A DNA stretch of 63,577 nucleotides, counting the filler, from Octopus bimaculoides (lineage: Eukaryota): NCBI RefSeq assembly GCF_001194135.2. It is 9 parts of 8 records of this genome, joined end to end, with 100 filler letters (N's around TTAATTAATTAA, not from the genome) between each part and the next. Parts side by side here need not be neighbours in the genome. Positions count along the whole stretch, not along the records: positions 45,380 to 52,291 come from NC_068981.1; positions 52,392 to 54,558 come from NC_068999.1; positions 54,659 to 56,905 come from NW_026308556.1; positions 57,006 to 59,150 come from NW_026309075.1; positions 59,251 to 63,577 come from NC_068997.1; 4 more parts are not named here. One strand, written 5' to 3'. How positions within the stretch are numbered: the stretch's first letter is position 1; the number at the start of each line of letters is the position of its first letter. A program made the position numbers and the translations under genes. This document shows positions 50,507-62,745 of the stretch, piece by piece. Below the pieces are notes generated by a model. That model saw nothing but the letters and a program-made list of their open reading frames with translations. It did no database searches and was not told the DNA's origin.

Positions 50507-51758
50507 CATACCAATATTTGGGCTGCTTGACTGGACGCTTGATGAGATACGAGCCATTGATGTAAAAACCCGAAAAATACTAACAAGTATACATAATTTC
50601 CAAATAAACATTGATGTAGACCACCTCTACCTAAAACGAAAACAAGGAGGAAAAAGCTTAACATCAATCCAATATGCCTTTGAATGTCGCATCATATCCC
50701 TTCGGTAACAACTTTTAGTCACCAAGTGTCGAAGTGCATCCCTTGACCAAGTTTGAGACATGAAGCTGATAACATTGTAAGACCTGGAAGGCAGCTCATT
50801 GAGCAACAATCTTTGCCTGGTAACCTAGACTACATGCCCAAAGAAGTCGCACGATTCTACCGTATCATCAGATGAAAGGATGAGCATATATGTGCAGAAG
50901 ACTATGCATGGATATGTTACTAGAAAGCTCCATGATGATAGTAACAACGATCACCAAAGCAGTTTATCATGGTCCAATAGAGGATTACTACCTCCCACTT
51001 TGAAGGGTATGCGTTTGCAATCCAGAAACAGGAGATATCAACTTAATGTACAAAAAAGATAGAGATGCAGGTAAAGCCGTAAAATGCGACAACCGATGCA
51101 GATTGAAAATATCACCCACATCATAAGCAGTTGTCCGAAAATGTCATCATGGTATTATCTACTAATGAGACATTACGTTGTAGCTAGGGCACTATAATGA
51201 AATCCGTCGGAAGGACAATCCCGTGGACAAAGAAATATATATATNNNNNNNNNNNNNNNNNNNNNNNNNNNNNNNNNNNNNNNNNNNNNNNNNNNNNNNN
51301 NNNNNNNNNNNNNNNNNNNNNNNNNNNNNNNNNNNNNNNNNNNNNNNNNNNNNNNNNNNNNNNNNNNNNNNNNNNNNNNNNNNNNNNNNNNNNNNNNNNN
51401 NNNNNNNNNNNNNNNNNNNNNNNNNNNNNNNNNNNNNNNNNNNNNNNNNNNNNNNNNNNNNNNNNNNNNNNNNNNNNNNNNNNNNNNNNNNNNNNNNNNN
51501 NNNNNNNNNNNNNNNNNNNNNNNNNNNNNNNNNNNNNNNNNNNNATATATGTGTATGTATATCTATACATATATATATATGTGTGTGTTTGTATGTCGTG
51601 CGTATGTATGTATGTATGTATGTATGTATGCATGCATGTATGTATGTATGTATGCATGTATATATTTAGGGTTCTCTCAAAAAATGTTATAAGCTGCAGT
51701 GCAAAGTTTTGTAACGTGGTCAATTATTTTTTGCTTTGGGTCACACCTTTTCACGCAC
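50307..51758. mobile_element. TA-flanked element with about 94-bp inverted termini enclosing an R4/Dong-like fragment
   Basis: TA|GTGCGTGAAAAGGTGTGACCCAAAGCAAA is identical (29 bp) to the reverse complement of the right end, which is followed by TA; arms continue at about 85% identity into inverted (TACA)n tracts. Confidence 0.75.
50510..51232 (+). mobile_element. R4/Dong-clade (RLE) non-LTR retrotransposon fragment, post-RT region and zinc knuckle
   Basis: LLDWTLDEIRAIDVKTRKILT...DHLYLKRKQGGKSL; GYAFAIQKQEIST; CR..ENITHIISSCP...Y..RH. Confidence 0.8.
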
Positions 51759-52122
51759 TAGGTTGAATGCTATATTTGTTTTACTGATACTTTTTGTAAA
51801 ACCTTCAAGTGGCTCATAGTGTTTTTATGGCATCTTAAGACTCACTAGAAATATGATGCAGTATAGCAACACTAAAGTTACTAAAGAAGCAATGATTCTC
51901 TCCAGTAAAATTTACATACGACGCAAAATTTACCAGTGAAATACTTGATATACAGACAATAATATAATTCCGGAAAGCGAGGGTGCCTGTATGAAACTAC
52001 AATTAACTATTACTGTATCATACATATTGTCAATACATCATTATAGGCAAAATTAGTTCTCTATTTGTCCCGAGGGTAATATCTCATATAGACGTGCTGC
52101 TTTCAGTGGCTGACGTTAATCA

Positions 52123-52164
52123 TCTATATATATAAAAATGAGAATGTGTGTCTGTCTGTCTGCC

Positions 52165-52209
<45 letters not shown>

Positions 52210-52216
52210 GTCTGTC

Positions 52217-52269
<53 letters not shown>

Positions 52270-52291
52270 CCCTAAAACTCGAGAACTACGC
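52123..52291 (+). mobile_element. Non-autonomous Helitron-like 5' end with (CTGT)n and (GT)n tracts
   Basis: A|TCTATATATATAAAAATGAGAATG start followed by (CTGT)n, as in Lep1/DINE-type elements; truncated by gap. Confidence 0.6.
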
Positions 52292-52391
52292 NNNNNNNNN
52301 NNNNNNNNNNNNNNNNNNNNNNNNNNNNNNNNNNNTTAATTAATTAANNNNNNNNNNNNNNNNNNNNNNNNNNNNNNNNNNNNNNNNNNNN

Positions 52392-52433
<42 letters not shown>

Positions 52434-52750
52434 GTAATTGAATGGCTGTGTATGTAAACGGATAAATTTTTAAATATATTTATCAAACTAACAAATATAT
52501 AACAGAGAGAATGAAAAAGGGTCATAAAGAGAGAGAGAGTGAGAGAGAGAGGGGGGGAGAGAGGGCGAGCAAGAGAATGAGAAAGACAGAGATAGACAAA
52601 CAGACAGAGAATGAGAGTTATGGAAGGAGAGGGATTTGGGGAATTAGAGAGAGAATAAATAAAAGAGAGAGAGAAAAAGAGAGAGGAAAGTAAAGAGTGA
52701 CATGGAAAGAGTGGGAATAAAAGAAATATAACGATGAGGGACATTAAATA

Positions 52751-52799
<49 letters not shown>

Positions 52800-53520
52800 C
52801 ACAATCATTAGTTTTGCAGAAAATAATTCATTGTATCTGCTGTAAACCTTTTTACATTGTGAGTTCAAATCCGGCTGATGTCCACTTGGCCTTTCCCACA
52901 TCAATGGTACCATAAATACAATCAAATATATCAGGCCTCAAAATTCTTGACGTCATGCCTATATTAGAGGCCATTCAATATATATTGTAGCAGCAGCAGT
53001 AGTAGTAGTAGTATTGGCAGCAGCAGCAATAGTCGTTGTATCACTACAACGGCCAGCATGTGGAGGGATTTCATGGTTAAGGAAGGCCCCTGTTAAGGTA
53101 TAAGGCGAAGTCGGAAATAATTATTAAAATCCTTAACACTGAATTTAACATCTTGGGCAAGTTATTGTCCAGATCGATCTGAATGATGTCAGATGGGTGG
53201 CGATGCATCTGAACAATTGAAGAAACAGAACAATAAAAGAACTTTATCCTGCGATCAACAGACTCGTTTGTCCAATCGCAGACAAAATCGGAATCCTCAT
53301 TGTCCCCCCATTGGGGCTTCATTGTAAAATCCATTCCTGAATTCAGATTACATTCACGCATCCATCGCAAATAGATGCAACTTCACTTTAAATCCTTTTT
53401 CTACATATTTTTTTCTTCAGGTACTCAAACGTCAAAATCGACGGGAGTGACCCCTCCTCCTCCTCATTATTATTATTATTATTATTGTTGTTGTTGTTGT
53501 TATCATCATCCTCATCATCA

Positions 53521-53592
<72 letters not shown>

Positions 53593-54161
53593 GTATTGCT
53601 GACCTGACTCAGGTTCGTCCTTATTCCTGGCAGGATTTATGTAGATCGCGGGTTGCTAACTGTAACTTTAAGTATTCACAAGCCTTCAATAGTCTTTCAG
53701 GTGTTTAAAAACCCTCCTGATAATCTCTCCTGTCCCTAGAGGTCAAACTTTCAGTAGAGGCTCTAAAGAACATTCCATTCCAACCTCGTGTACTGAACTA
53801 CAAAAGAAACGTCGCCCTGTAAAAGATTATTTGTCTCACACACGATATTGAGACTATACGGATTTTATCACATTTCTAGGTAATTTGGCATCGGAAAGAT
53901 GTCTTGGACGTACGACATTTTTTCATAATAGCAGCGAATGTATTTATGTTAAGATTTCTTTGAAACCCTCGCCGGCGTGGCCTGGTCATCCATGCTGAAA
54001 GAACTCCAACCAAAACAGAACCAACAAGAGATGGCTCCAATATTGAGATTCGAAACGAAGACATGGGTTCTACCGACATACACACAGAACTTTTAACTAG
54101 AACTTTTAACTTTGGAGATGTTGCTTCTTTGGGACGATGGCTAAAATAAACTAAAGAACAA

Positions 54162-54200
<39 letters not shown>

Positions 54201-54523
54201 CATATAACAGATACACACACACACACACACACACTAATATCATAGATGCTAGACAATGTCGATTCTACTATATTTTGCCGATATATTACACTTTACCAGC
54301 AACTGTCACAAATATCAATATTGTGTTGGCTTTCTTTGTGACGTCCGTTATTAAAACAATGCAGTGTTTCATCTTCAGGAAAGAGCGCTCTGGGGCACAG
54401 ATATCGAATATATAGAACGGACGCTCAATATAGAGTGGCATTCATCACACACGCACGCACACACACACACATATATTGACATGTATATACATAATGCATG
54501 TATATATAATATATATATATATG

Positions 54524-54556
<33 letters not shown>

Positions 54557-54756
54557 GTNNNNNNNNNNNNNNNNNNNNNNNNNNNNNNNNNNNNNNNNNN
54601 NNTTAATTAATTAANNNNNNNNNNNNNNNNNNNNNNNNNNNNNNNNNNNNNNNNNNNNACCATGTGGCTGGTAAGTAAGCTACTTACCACACAGCCACTC
54701 CTGCGCCTCCTGGTTAGTTGAAATTATAATTTCATTTGAGTTAATCTGTCGGCCTC

Positions 54757-54800
<44 letters not shown>

Positions 54801-54837
54801 CATACATACATACATGCATACATATTGGTATATATTT

Positions 54838-54839
54838 AT

Positions 54840-54896
<57 letters not shown>

Positions 54897-54990
54897 GTCG
54901 TCATTTAACGTCCGTTGTTCATGCTGGCATGGTTTAAACAGTTTGACCAAAGCTGGTAAGCTGGGGAGTGGCATCATACTGAAGTCTGAT
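54838..54990 (-). mobile_element. RTE-like LINE/SINE 3' end with (GAT)n tail
   Basis: Minus strand reads CCATGCCAGCATGAACAACGGACGTTAAATGA(CGA)(TGA)n. Confidence 0.55.
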
Positions 54991-55131
54991 TTGGCACGGA
55001 GTTTTGAAGTTTTAATATACACATAATCTGAGCGTGAGCGAGCTAGGTCTCCGTTAGAAACCAGCAAATCTTTTAAGTCACATGGAGCCAAATCAAACTG
55101 TTTTAAATAATAATATAACTCCTACTGCTGT

Positions 55132-56350
55132 GGAGGCGCAATGAACTCGCGGTCGTAGGATCGCGATTTCGATTCCCAGACGGGGCGTTGTGAGTGTTTA
55201 TTGAGCGAAAACACCTAAATCTCCACGAGGCTCCAGCAGGGGGGGGGCGAACCCTGCTGTACTCTTTCACCACAACTTTCTCTCACTCTTTCTTCCTGTT
55301 TCTGTTGTGCCTGTATTTCAAAGGGCCAGCCTTGTCACACTGTGTCACGGCGAGCTGGCAGAAACGTTAGCACGTCGGGCAAAATGCTTAACGGTATTTC
55401 GTCTGCCGCTACGTTCTGAGTTCAAATTCCGCCGAGGTCGACTTTGCCTTTCATCTTTTCGGGGTCGATTAAGTAAGTACTAGTTACGCACTGGGGTCGA
55501 TATAATCGACTTAATCNNNNNNNNNNGGGGGGGGGCGAACCCTGCTGTACTCTTTCACCACAACTTTCTCTCACTCTTTCTTCCTGTTTCTGTTGTGCCT
55601 GTATTTCAAAGGGCCAGCCTTGTCACACTGTGTCACGGCGAGCTGGCAGAAACGTTAGCACGTCGGGCAAAATGCTTAACGGTATTTCGTCTGCCGCTAC
55701 GTTCTGAGTTCAAATTCCGCCGAGGTCGACTTTGCCTTTCATCTTTTCGGGGTCGATTAAGTAAGTACTAGTTACGCACTGGGGTCGATATAATCGACTT
55801 AATCCATTTGTCTATCCTTGTTTGTCCCCTCTATGTTTAGCCCCTTGAGGGCAATAAAGAAATAAGAAAAGTTAGCACGCCGGACGAAATGCTTAGCGGT
55901 ATTACGTCTATCTTTACGTTCTGAGTTCAAATTCCGCCAAGGTCGACTTTGCCTTTCATCCTTTCGGGGTCGATTAAACAAGTACTAGTTACGCACTGGG
56001 GTCGATATAATCGACTTAATCCATTTGTCTGTCCTTGTTTGTCCCCTCTGTGTGTAGCCCCTTGTGGGCAATAAAGAAATAAGAAACGTTAGCACGCCGG
56101 GCGAAATGCTTAGCGGTATTTCGTGTTATTTGTGTTTGTGTGGATGTAAATGCAGCCGCTGTTGATGCTGGTGATGCTGGTGTTGGTGAGGATAGTTGCA
56201 GAGGTGTAGGATAATTGCGGCTCGGCAAAAGAGACCGATAGAATAAGTACTAGGCCTACAAGGAATAAGTCCTGGGGTCGATTTGTTCGACTAAAGGCGG
56301 TGCTCCAGCATGGCCGTAGTCAAATGACTGAAACAAATAAAAGAATAAAA
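55132..56350 (+). mobile_element. Nested SINE pile: family B interrupted by a family C head-to-tail array (217-bp period), then a family A 3' half
   Basis: C units register at AGA 55648, 55865 and 56082. 55528-55807 duplicates 55238-55516 across an 11-N gap. Confidence 0.85.
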
Positions 56351-59230
56351 GAACCCCCAAGGGCCGTATGGACCCCAGTTGAGAACCACTGATCTACTCC
56401 CACACCTATACTGGCCCTATGTGGTCACACGACCTGCTAGGAATAGCAGTGAAATTCCTTTACCATCTTTAAAAAAGCCCAAAAAAAACCGATGGAAAAG
56501 AAGGATTAGATATTATAATCGTTGATACAAAAGAAAAGAAAAAGACAGTGTTATACGGATTGTTAGATATGTTATTCGTCTGACGTTCCGTGTGTCACTG
56601 TGGTTCGTCTGAGTTCATTGTTTCATTGTTGTTGTCTTGTGTGACTGTCGTAGTAAAATATCATTGATATATGTATGGCGGACATGACTTTTGTTTATTC
56701 ATAATGAACATTGGGTGAGTGCGTTCTTTGTAGATAATTGAATAATAAATGTAATAATTAAATTTGTATAACTCGTTGTGTTATCTCTGCGAGTCTTCCG
56801 AGGGAAATACAACAGAGTTTATTGGCGTCGCCGATAAGATACATGCTTACTTTAACGTAAAATTATTCATCATAATAACAATGGCTGAAAAACAGACAGT
56901 AGAACNNNNNNNNNNNNNNNNNNNNNNNNNNNNNNNNNNNNNNNNNNNNTTAATTAATTAANNNNNNNNNNNNNNNNNNNNNNNNNNNNNNNNNNNNNNN
57001 NNNNNATATATGTATGTATGTATGTATATATGTTCAACTATCTTTTATAACAAAAGTAATCGATATATTTTGTAGAGCGAGTGTTCTTACCCAAGGCCAG
57101 CAATGTCGAGGGCAGGAGTAGGTTGATTACATCGACCCCAATGATCAAGTGGTACTTATTTTATCGACCTCGAAAGGCCGACTTTGGCGACAAAATCGAC
57201 CTTGGCGAAATTTCACCTCAGAAGATAAAGACGGATGAAATGCCGCTAAACATTTTGCCCGGCGTGCTAACGATTTTGCCAACGCATTTATTAACGGTGT
57301 ACGCTAGTTTTACAGCAAAAACGACAGCGTTAGAAACTCGTACTACCATTACTAAATGAAGGAGTTGGAAGCAACTATTTCATGTCTATTTCCTCATTTT
57401 CATTGCCAGAAAGTACAATGTTAGCATCAACCGAATTATTCATTCACTTTTAATCGGTGTGTCAATTTGTCATTATTGTATAAGAGAGTGTGAACAACAG
57501 TTTTTCATCAAAATATTTTAACCTTTTGACGCTTGATAATTTTCTTTATTTTATCGTTCACCCATATTTTCCCACCAAAAGATGTCTGTCCAAATGTTGT
57601 TTGTCAATGATAATGTCTGATTTGGCTTTACCAGTGTAACTGACCAAGATGCAACTAAAAAGGGGAAAAAATGCCTAATTTACAATCCGATATTGAGTAT
57701 TGGAAATTTGAGAACATCAGAACAGAGAAAATCTCAAAAACTTAGCATTTGACTTTATGTATATGTATACACTTGCCCTAGGTATAGCTTTAATCTACAT
57801 CCGGTAGAGAGATCTTGGTTTGAAAATTTTAAAGTTTTTCAAAGTGTTGAATCACCTCTTAGCCGCTATTGTTCCCAGGTCTAATCTGACCCGGTGTGAT
57901 AGTACCTGGCAGTTATGGACTAATTAACATATCACAGAATTGTCTCCAAAGCAAGTTCACTCATCTCAACGGGCCCTTCAGCTCTTTACCTGCTTATCTA
58001 AGAGAAGGTAATTCCATGCAAACCCTGTACCCTAACAACTACTGGGATATATATTAAAACATAGGGTAAAAAATCATATATTAATCAATATCGATTTATT
58101 ACCAGGAAGCTAGCACATTTAAAGAATCAAAGAGATTCAGAAACAATATCTGCGATCTCAGGGGATTAAAGTATATTTTTATATATAACTTTATATATAA
58201 CAAGATGTGATCTATTTCTAGCACATTAAATGTCCACTTTAGTGGTCAACGTTATATATAAAAATATGTACGTATATATGCATGTATATATGTATGTATG
58301 TACGTATGTATGTGTATATGTATGTACGAGTGTGTGCGTATGTGTGTGCGTGTGTGTGTGCTTGTGTGTGTGTGTGTGTATGTGTACGTGTGTACGTATG
58401 TATGTACGTAAGCATATATGTATGTAGATAGGTACATATGTATGTATTTATGCATGTACGTACATATATAATACATCTCTCTTTTTAGTCGATGAAGGGT
58501 TTGGCTAAAATTTATTTTGAAGTCAACACGAATACGAACTTGAAAATAATTTNNNNNNNNNNTATTGATTTTCATCATAGTATTTGGTTATGTTAAAGGT
58601 TTCAATTATATCTTTGATCTCGTTCAATAGTTAAGGTTTTTTAATGATCCTCAAACATGCGAATATCTTCACGAGCAGAATAATATAGAGTTTGGAAATT
58701 ACCTTCCCTTTTTCTAACACTAACCACTAGATTATTTTTCTTTTTTTCAAAATATATTATTGTTATTATAGGTAAATGGAAATGTTATCCGAATCGCGAG
58801 ATAAAACTACTTAATATTTTATCTGAAGTGATTATATGATAAATGATAATTCATTTTATATTCACTGATATCATACATCAGTTTAAATAGATTAAAATTA
58901 TTTGTTCTATATTCTGGAGGCACAAGGTTGTTGAAGCAAATACACGCGCGTGCAAATACACACACACACACACACATATCGTCAGTAATTCATATATCCG
59001 AAGAAGAAGCAGATTCCAAAGCCTCAGAGCAGTGATGGCCTCGCAGTATTAATAAGCGCTTTATAGGTGCGAAACCAGTGGTCGCTCTATGTCTGGCCAT
59101 AACTTTTAAATTGCCAATATATACATACATACATATATATATATATATATNNNNNNNNNNNNNNNNNNNNNNNNNNNNNNNNNNNNNNNNNNNNTTAATT
59201 AATTAANNNNNNNNNNNNNNNNNNNNNNNN

Positions 59231-59530
59231 NNNNNNNNNNNNNNNNNNNNCTCTATGGAAGACATTTGTTCTGAGCCGCCTAGACTATTGCTCTCAGTTG
59301 TGGTCACCACACAGTGTTAGGCGGACAGCAGAACTCGAGGCAATTCAGCGGCACTATACAAAAAAGATCGCCACAGTCCAACAGATGAACTACAGGGAGC
59401 GACTGAAGGCACTAGGTCTCTACTCCCTGGAGCGCAGGCGGGAGAGATATGTAATAATATACATATGGAAAATACTGGAAGGACTGGTGCCAAACTTTGG
59501 TATCAAGTACTACAGGAATGCCCGCACGGG
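59231..59530 (+). mobile_element. CR1-group LINE C-terminal fragment
   Basis: LWKTFVLSRLDYCSQLWSPH...LEAIQRHYTKKI...YRERLKALGLYSLERRRERY.IIY.WKIL.GLVPN. Confidence 0.9.
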
Positions 59531-60066
59531 CATGTATATATACATGTATATATATATATGTGTGTGTATGTATATATACATATATGTATATACATATAAA
59601 TGTATACATATATGTATATGTATATATACTTACATGTATATATATATATGCCTGTATATATTTATATACATGTATATTTATATAATTAGAAATATTGCAT
59701 TTCTAAATCTCTCAGAGAGACTTATACAGTAGCAGCACGATAGAGTCATGGTTTGTTGCCAATTTTACGTGGCAGTCCCAGGAAATGGAAGAATGCTACT
59801 GCTATTTAGCCCCAAGAAACTCCGTTTCCAATTGGTTAGTTGGCACAAGCGTTCTGTGTCCTTAAGTTTTCAAACGGGGGAGATAAACACCTCCACCCAC
59901 CAAATCCAGCATCCAGTGACTAGTTTCCGAGTGATGGCAATAAGTACTAGGCTTACAAAGAATAAATCCTGGGGGTCGATTTCTTCGACTAAAGGCGGTG
60001 CTCTAGTATGGCCGCGGTCACCTGACCGAAACAACTAAAACAATAAAAAAACTAGGCCCCTTTAAT

Positions 60067-60215
60067 CCCGAGCAGTGCCAGGTATCTGCTAGTGTGTGTA
60101 TATANNNNNNNNNNNNNNNNNNNNNNNNNNNNNNNNNNNNNNNNNNNNNNNNNNNNNNTATATATATATATATGTATATATATATACTAGCAGCTTAGCC
60201 CGGTTTCACCCGGTC
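60067..60215. mobile_element. Two Helitron-like 3' termini facing each other across a (TA)n/N tract
   Basis: + strand CCCGAGCAGTGCCAGG-TATCTG-CTAG|T (60067-60093); - strand CCGGGTGAAACCGGG-CTAAGCTG-CTAG|T (60186-60213). Confidence 0.6.
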
Positions 60216-61809
60216 TGTTTGGATGATGTGACTGTGATCGTTTTCGGTTAGACATAGTCTATAACATCGTTTCTCAGCCTTATCATTTCGGGTTCCTTGT
60301 TTCGATTGGAGCCTCCAGCTGTATGAAAATTTCCTGACTCCGCCCCACCACCGTCAGAAAACAGCTATTATGAACATAGAAAGAAATTATACATTAATCC
60401 CTATTTTTGAAAGCAGTTGTATCTATAAAAATTTTATTTGCAGAGAGCAGAAATTGAAAGAAAATATATGAAATGGACGCGTGTGTGTGTGTGTGTATGT
60501 GTATGCGTCTGCGTGCGTACGCGTGTGTATGTGTTTACGATAGTTGATTTATGGAAAAGATTATGTTAAATGTTTGAAATGCAAATCTATGAATGAAAAA
60601 TAAGTTCAGACCTCTACATGGTAGGTAGACCTGGTAGAAATAGCAGTCAAATCTCCCTCAAAACACCCTACTGTATTAATGCGAGAATTCTGCGTATTAT
60701 GTTAAGAAGTTGACGATAATAATTGGTTTAACAAAAAATGAACCTGCAAGAATTAGTCGAAATTGTCTGTAGGTAAGTGAATATGGAATAAGTAATTGTT
60801 ATACGCTTATAGTAAAACAATTTATATTATAGAAATTGATACATACCAGTTGAAGATTAAAAGGTATGTAAGAGCTATTGTTTTCGACGCGTGTATTATC
60901 ATAGAGAAACTGTAAGACATGAAATGTCCGTTTGTGTGTGTATGTATGTGTATTTTTGGCGGGAGTTTTGCATTTAGCAGGAGTTTGTTTTATCTGTCGA
61001 TCAATGACTGGACAAATGAAAAGGGAAGGCGATCTTTTAAAGTGGGTGTCGAATGACAGTTTTATGACTGAACTTCTTTTGAAGTTGTGGTGAGAGGGGA
61101 GATTTGATGTGCGTGCGTATGTCTGTGTGTGTGTGAGTGTGTATGTTTGATGGGGTGTGCGCGACAGAGAGTAATGTTGATGGTGTATGTGTATATGAGA
61201 GAGGGAGAGAGGTAAAGAAAGAAAGAAAGAAAGAGAGAGATAACTGAAATTTATCATTCAGTTTATCTATTTATTATATATGTGTATATGTATGAATGGC
61301 TTCAATGACACACAATCATATACACGCATGCACTCACGCAGGTTGTTTTAATCGATTTTCTCTGTAAGGATGGGGGTTAGGAAAAAAATAGAAAGCGCGT
61401 TCTAATCTATGCACCCGTCTCCACATGTGTGCCATTTTTCACGCGAATCCACCCAGCTGTGAACCTCAAGACGAGAAAGAATGCAACGCACGGCCAACTT
61501 CAATTTATATATATATATATATATATATATNNNNNNNNNNNNNNNNNNNNNNNNNNNNNNNNNNNNNNNNNNNNNNNNNNNNNNNNNNNNNNNNNNNNNN
61601 NNNNNNNNNNNNNNNNNNNNNNNNNNNNNNNNNNNNNNNNNNNNNNNNNNNNNNNNNNNNNNNNNNNNNNNNNNNNNNNNNNNNNTATATATATATATAT
61701 ATATATATATGCATGTATGTATATGTATGTATTTATTTATGCGTATATGCGTATGTACTATGTAAGAGGAAGAGAGGATTCAATGCTATTTTTACATCAC
61801 TATATACGA

Positions 61810-62697
61810 TTAATTGAGTTCAGTTTTCTCATGCGACGAACGATCTGTAGATTCTTTACATTTCTCTGGCCATAATTTCCGTACACTTTGTCTTATAGTG
61901 GCGTCGAAAAGCCATAAAAACGGCAAAAGCAAGAAGCCCACCGAATAAGGGATCCAATAATTGATGAACGCCTGAATGCCTAATTGTGGGATAATATCAA
62001 AAGCAGACAAGTTTCGTTGAAGACAAAAAAATAAAACCAAAATAAGAACAACGATTAAAGTTCTTAATGGTGATTTCATCATCTCACGTTGTTTACCTCT
62101 CACGGCAACGTAGATCAGCACTCCTATAAACACTAACATTGCTATTATCACAAATGTTGAAAATATAATCACAATTTTTGTGAAATTATCATGTAAGTAA
62201 ATAAAACAACCAGATGGATTTTGTTTTGAGAGCGTCAGAATCACTGCCAATCCGTGTACCCAGATAAAGGCCCATAAAATCCCTATCATTGCGTACTGGA
62301 TAGTTAAAAACTTTTGACTTTCATATTTGCTTGGATGAAAGTATTTCACGATAAAATCACAGCAAATAGGGAATAAGAAATATTTAGACCCTTCGTCTAG
62401 AACGGTATAAGTTATACGAATAAATGCACAAGTTGAGGTTGGCAAATCTGAGAATCGATAGATATGAATATTCTCAAAATAAATGAACAAGGCAAACAAT
62501 GCATAGTTCAACATATAGTTCAACAATGATAGAGAGCGCGTTTTCCCGTGAGATTTACGATCTAGGAAAATGGCGATCATTAGAAAGGTGTTGGTCAAGA
62601 TAACTAGGCTGATCGAGACACACATAAATATATTCAACCACCCGAATATTTTATCCTCGAAGACTGAAGTGTCGCTGTCGGTATTGGCTGTAGTCAT
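61810..62697 (-). CDS. Divergent rhodopsin-class (family A) 7TM G-protein-coupled receptor, 295 aa, single coding exon; orphan or candidate chemoreceptor
   Basis: Uninterrupted ORF with seven hydrophobic segments. TM1 Asn (TNTFL), TM3-start Cys, ECL2 Cys, TM4 Trp and TM7 Pro are retained, with an amphipathic helix-8-like segment. Start context acaaATG. Confidence 0.88.
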   Translation of the reverse strand: MTTANTDSDTSVFEDKIFGWLNIFMCVSISLVILTNTFLMIAIFLDRKSHGKTRSLSLLNYMLNYALFALFIYFENIHIYRFSDLPTSTCAFIRITYTVLDEGSKYFLFPICCDFIVKYFHPSKYESQKFLTIQYAMIGILWAFIWVHGLAVILTLSKQNPSGCFIYLHDNFTKIVIIFSTFVIIAMLVFIGVLIYVAVRGKQREMMKSPLRTLIVVLILVLFFCLQRNLSAFDIIPQLGIQAFINYWIPYSVGFLLLPFLWLFDATIRQSVRKLWPEKCKESTDRSSHEKTELN

Positions 62698-62716
62698 TTG
62701 TAAATCTTCTATAAGC

Positions 62717-62745
62717 CTGAAATAGACAATAAAAGAAATAAAGAA
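62717..62745 (-). promoter_or_regulatory. 3' splice acceptor of a 5'UTR intron, 19 nt upstream of the GPCR ATG
   Basis: Minus strand ttctttatttcttttattgtctatttcAG|gcttatagaagatttacaaATG. Confidence 0.7.

Noticed and set aside
55238-55807. Exact duplicate of the SINE B/C junction across an 11-N gap
   Set aside because: Identical sequence on both sides indicates an assembly overlap; excluded from the multimer count.
30600-59230. TTAATTAATTAA embedded in N runs at 30644, 35917, 41864, 45324, 52336, 54603, 56950 and 59195
   Set aside because: Each sits in a 44N+12+44N = 100-bp block and is a palindromic six-frame stop linker, i.e. a scaffolding artefact, not biology.
2813-61875. Long ORFs containing X runs and YI/CV/HT/SL/poly-S/H/M/V repeats
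   Set aside because: Produced by N gaps and microsatellites; no coding evidence.
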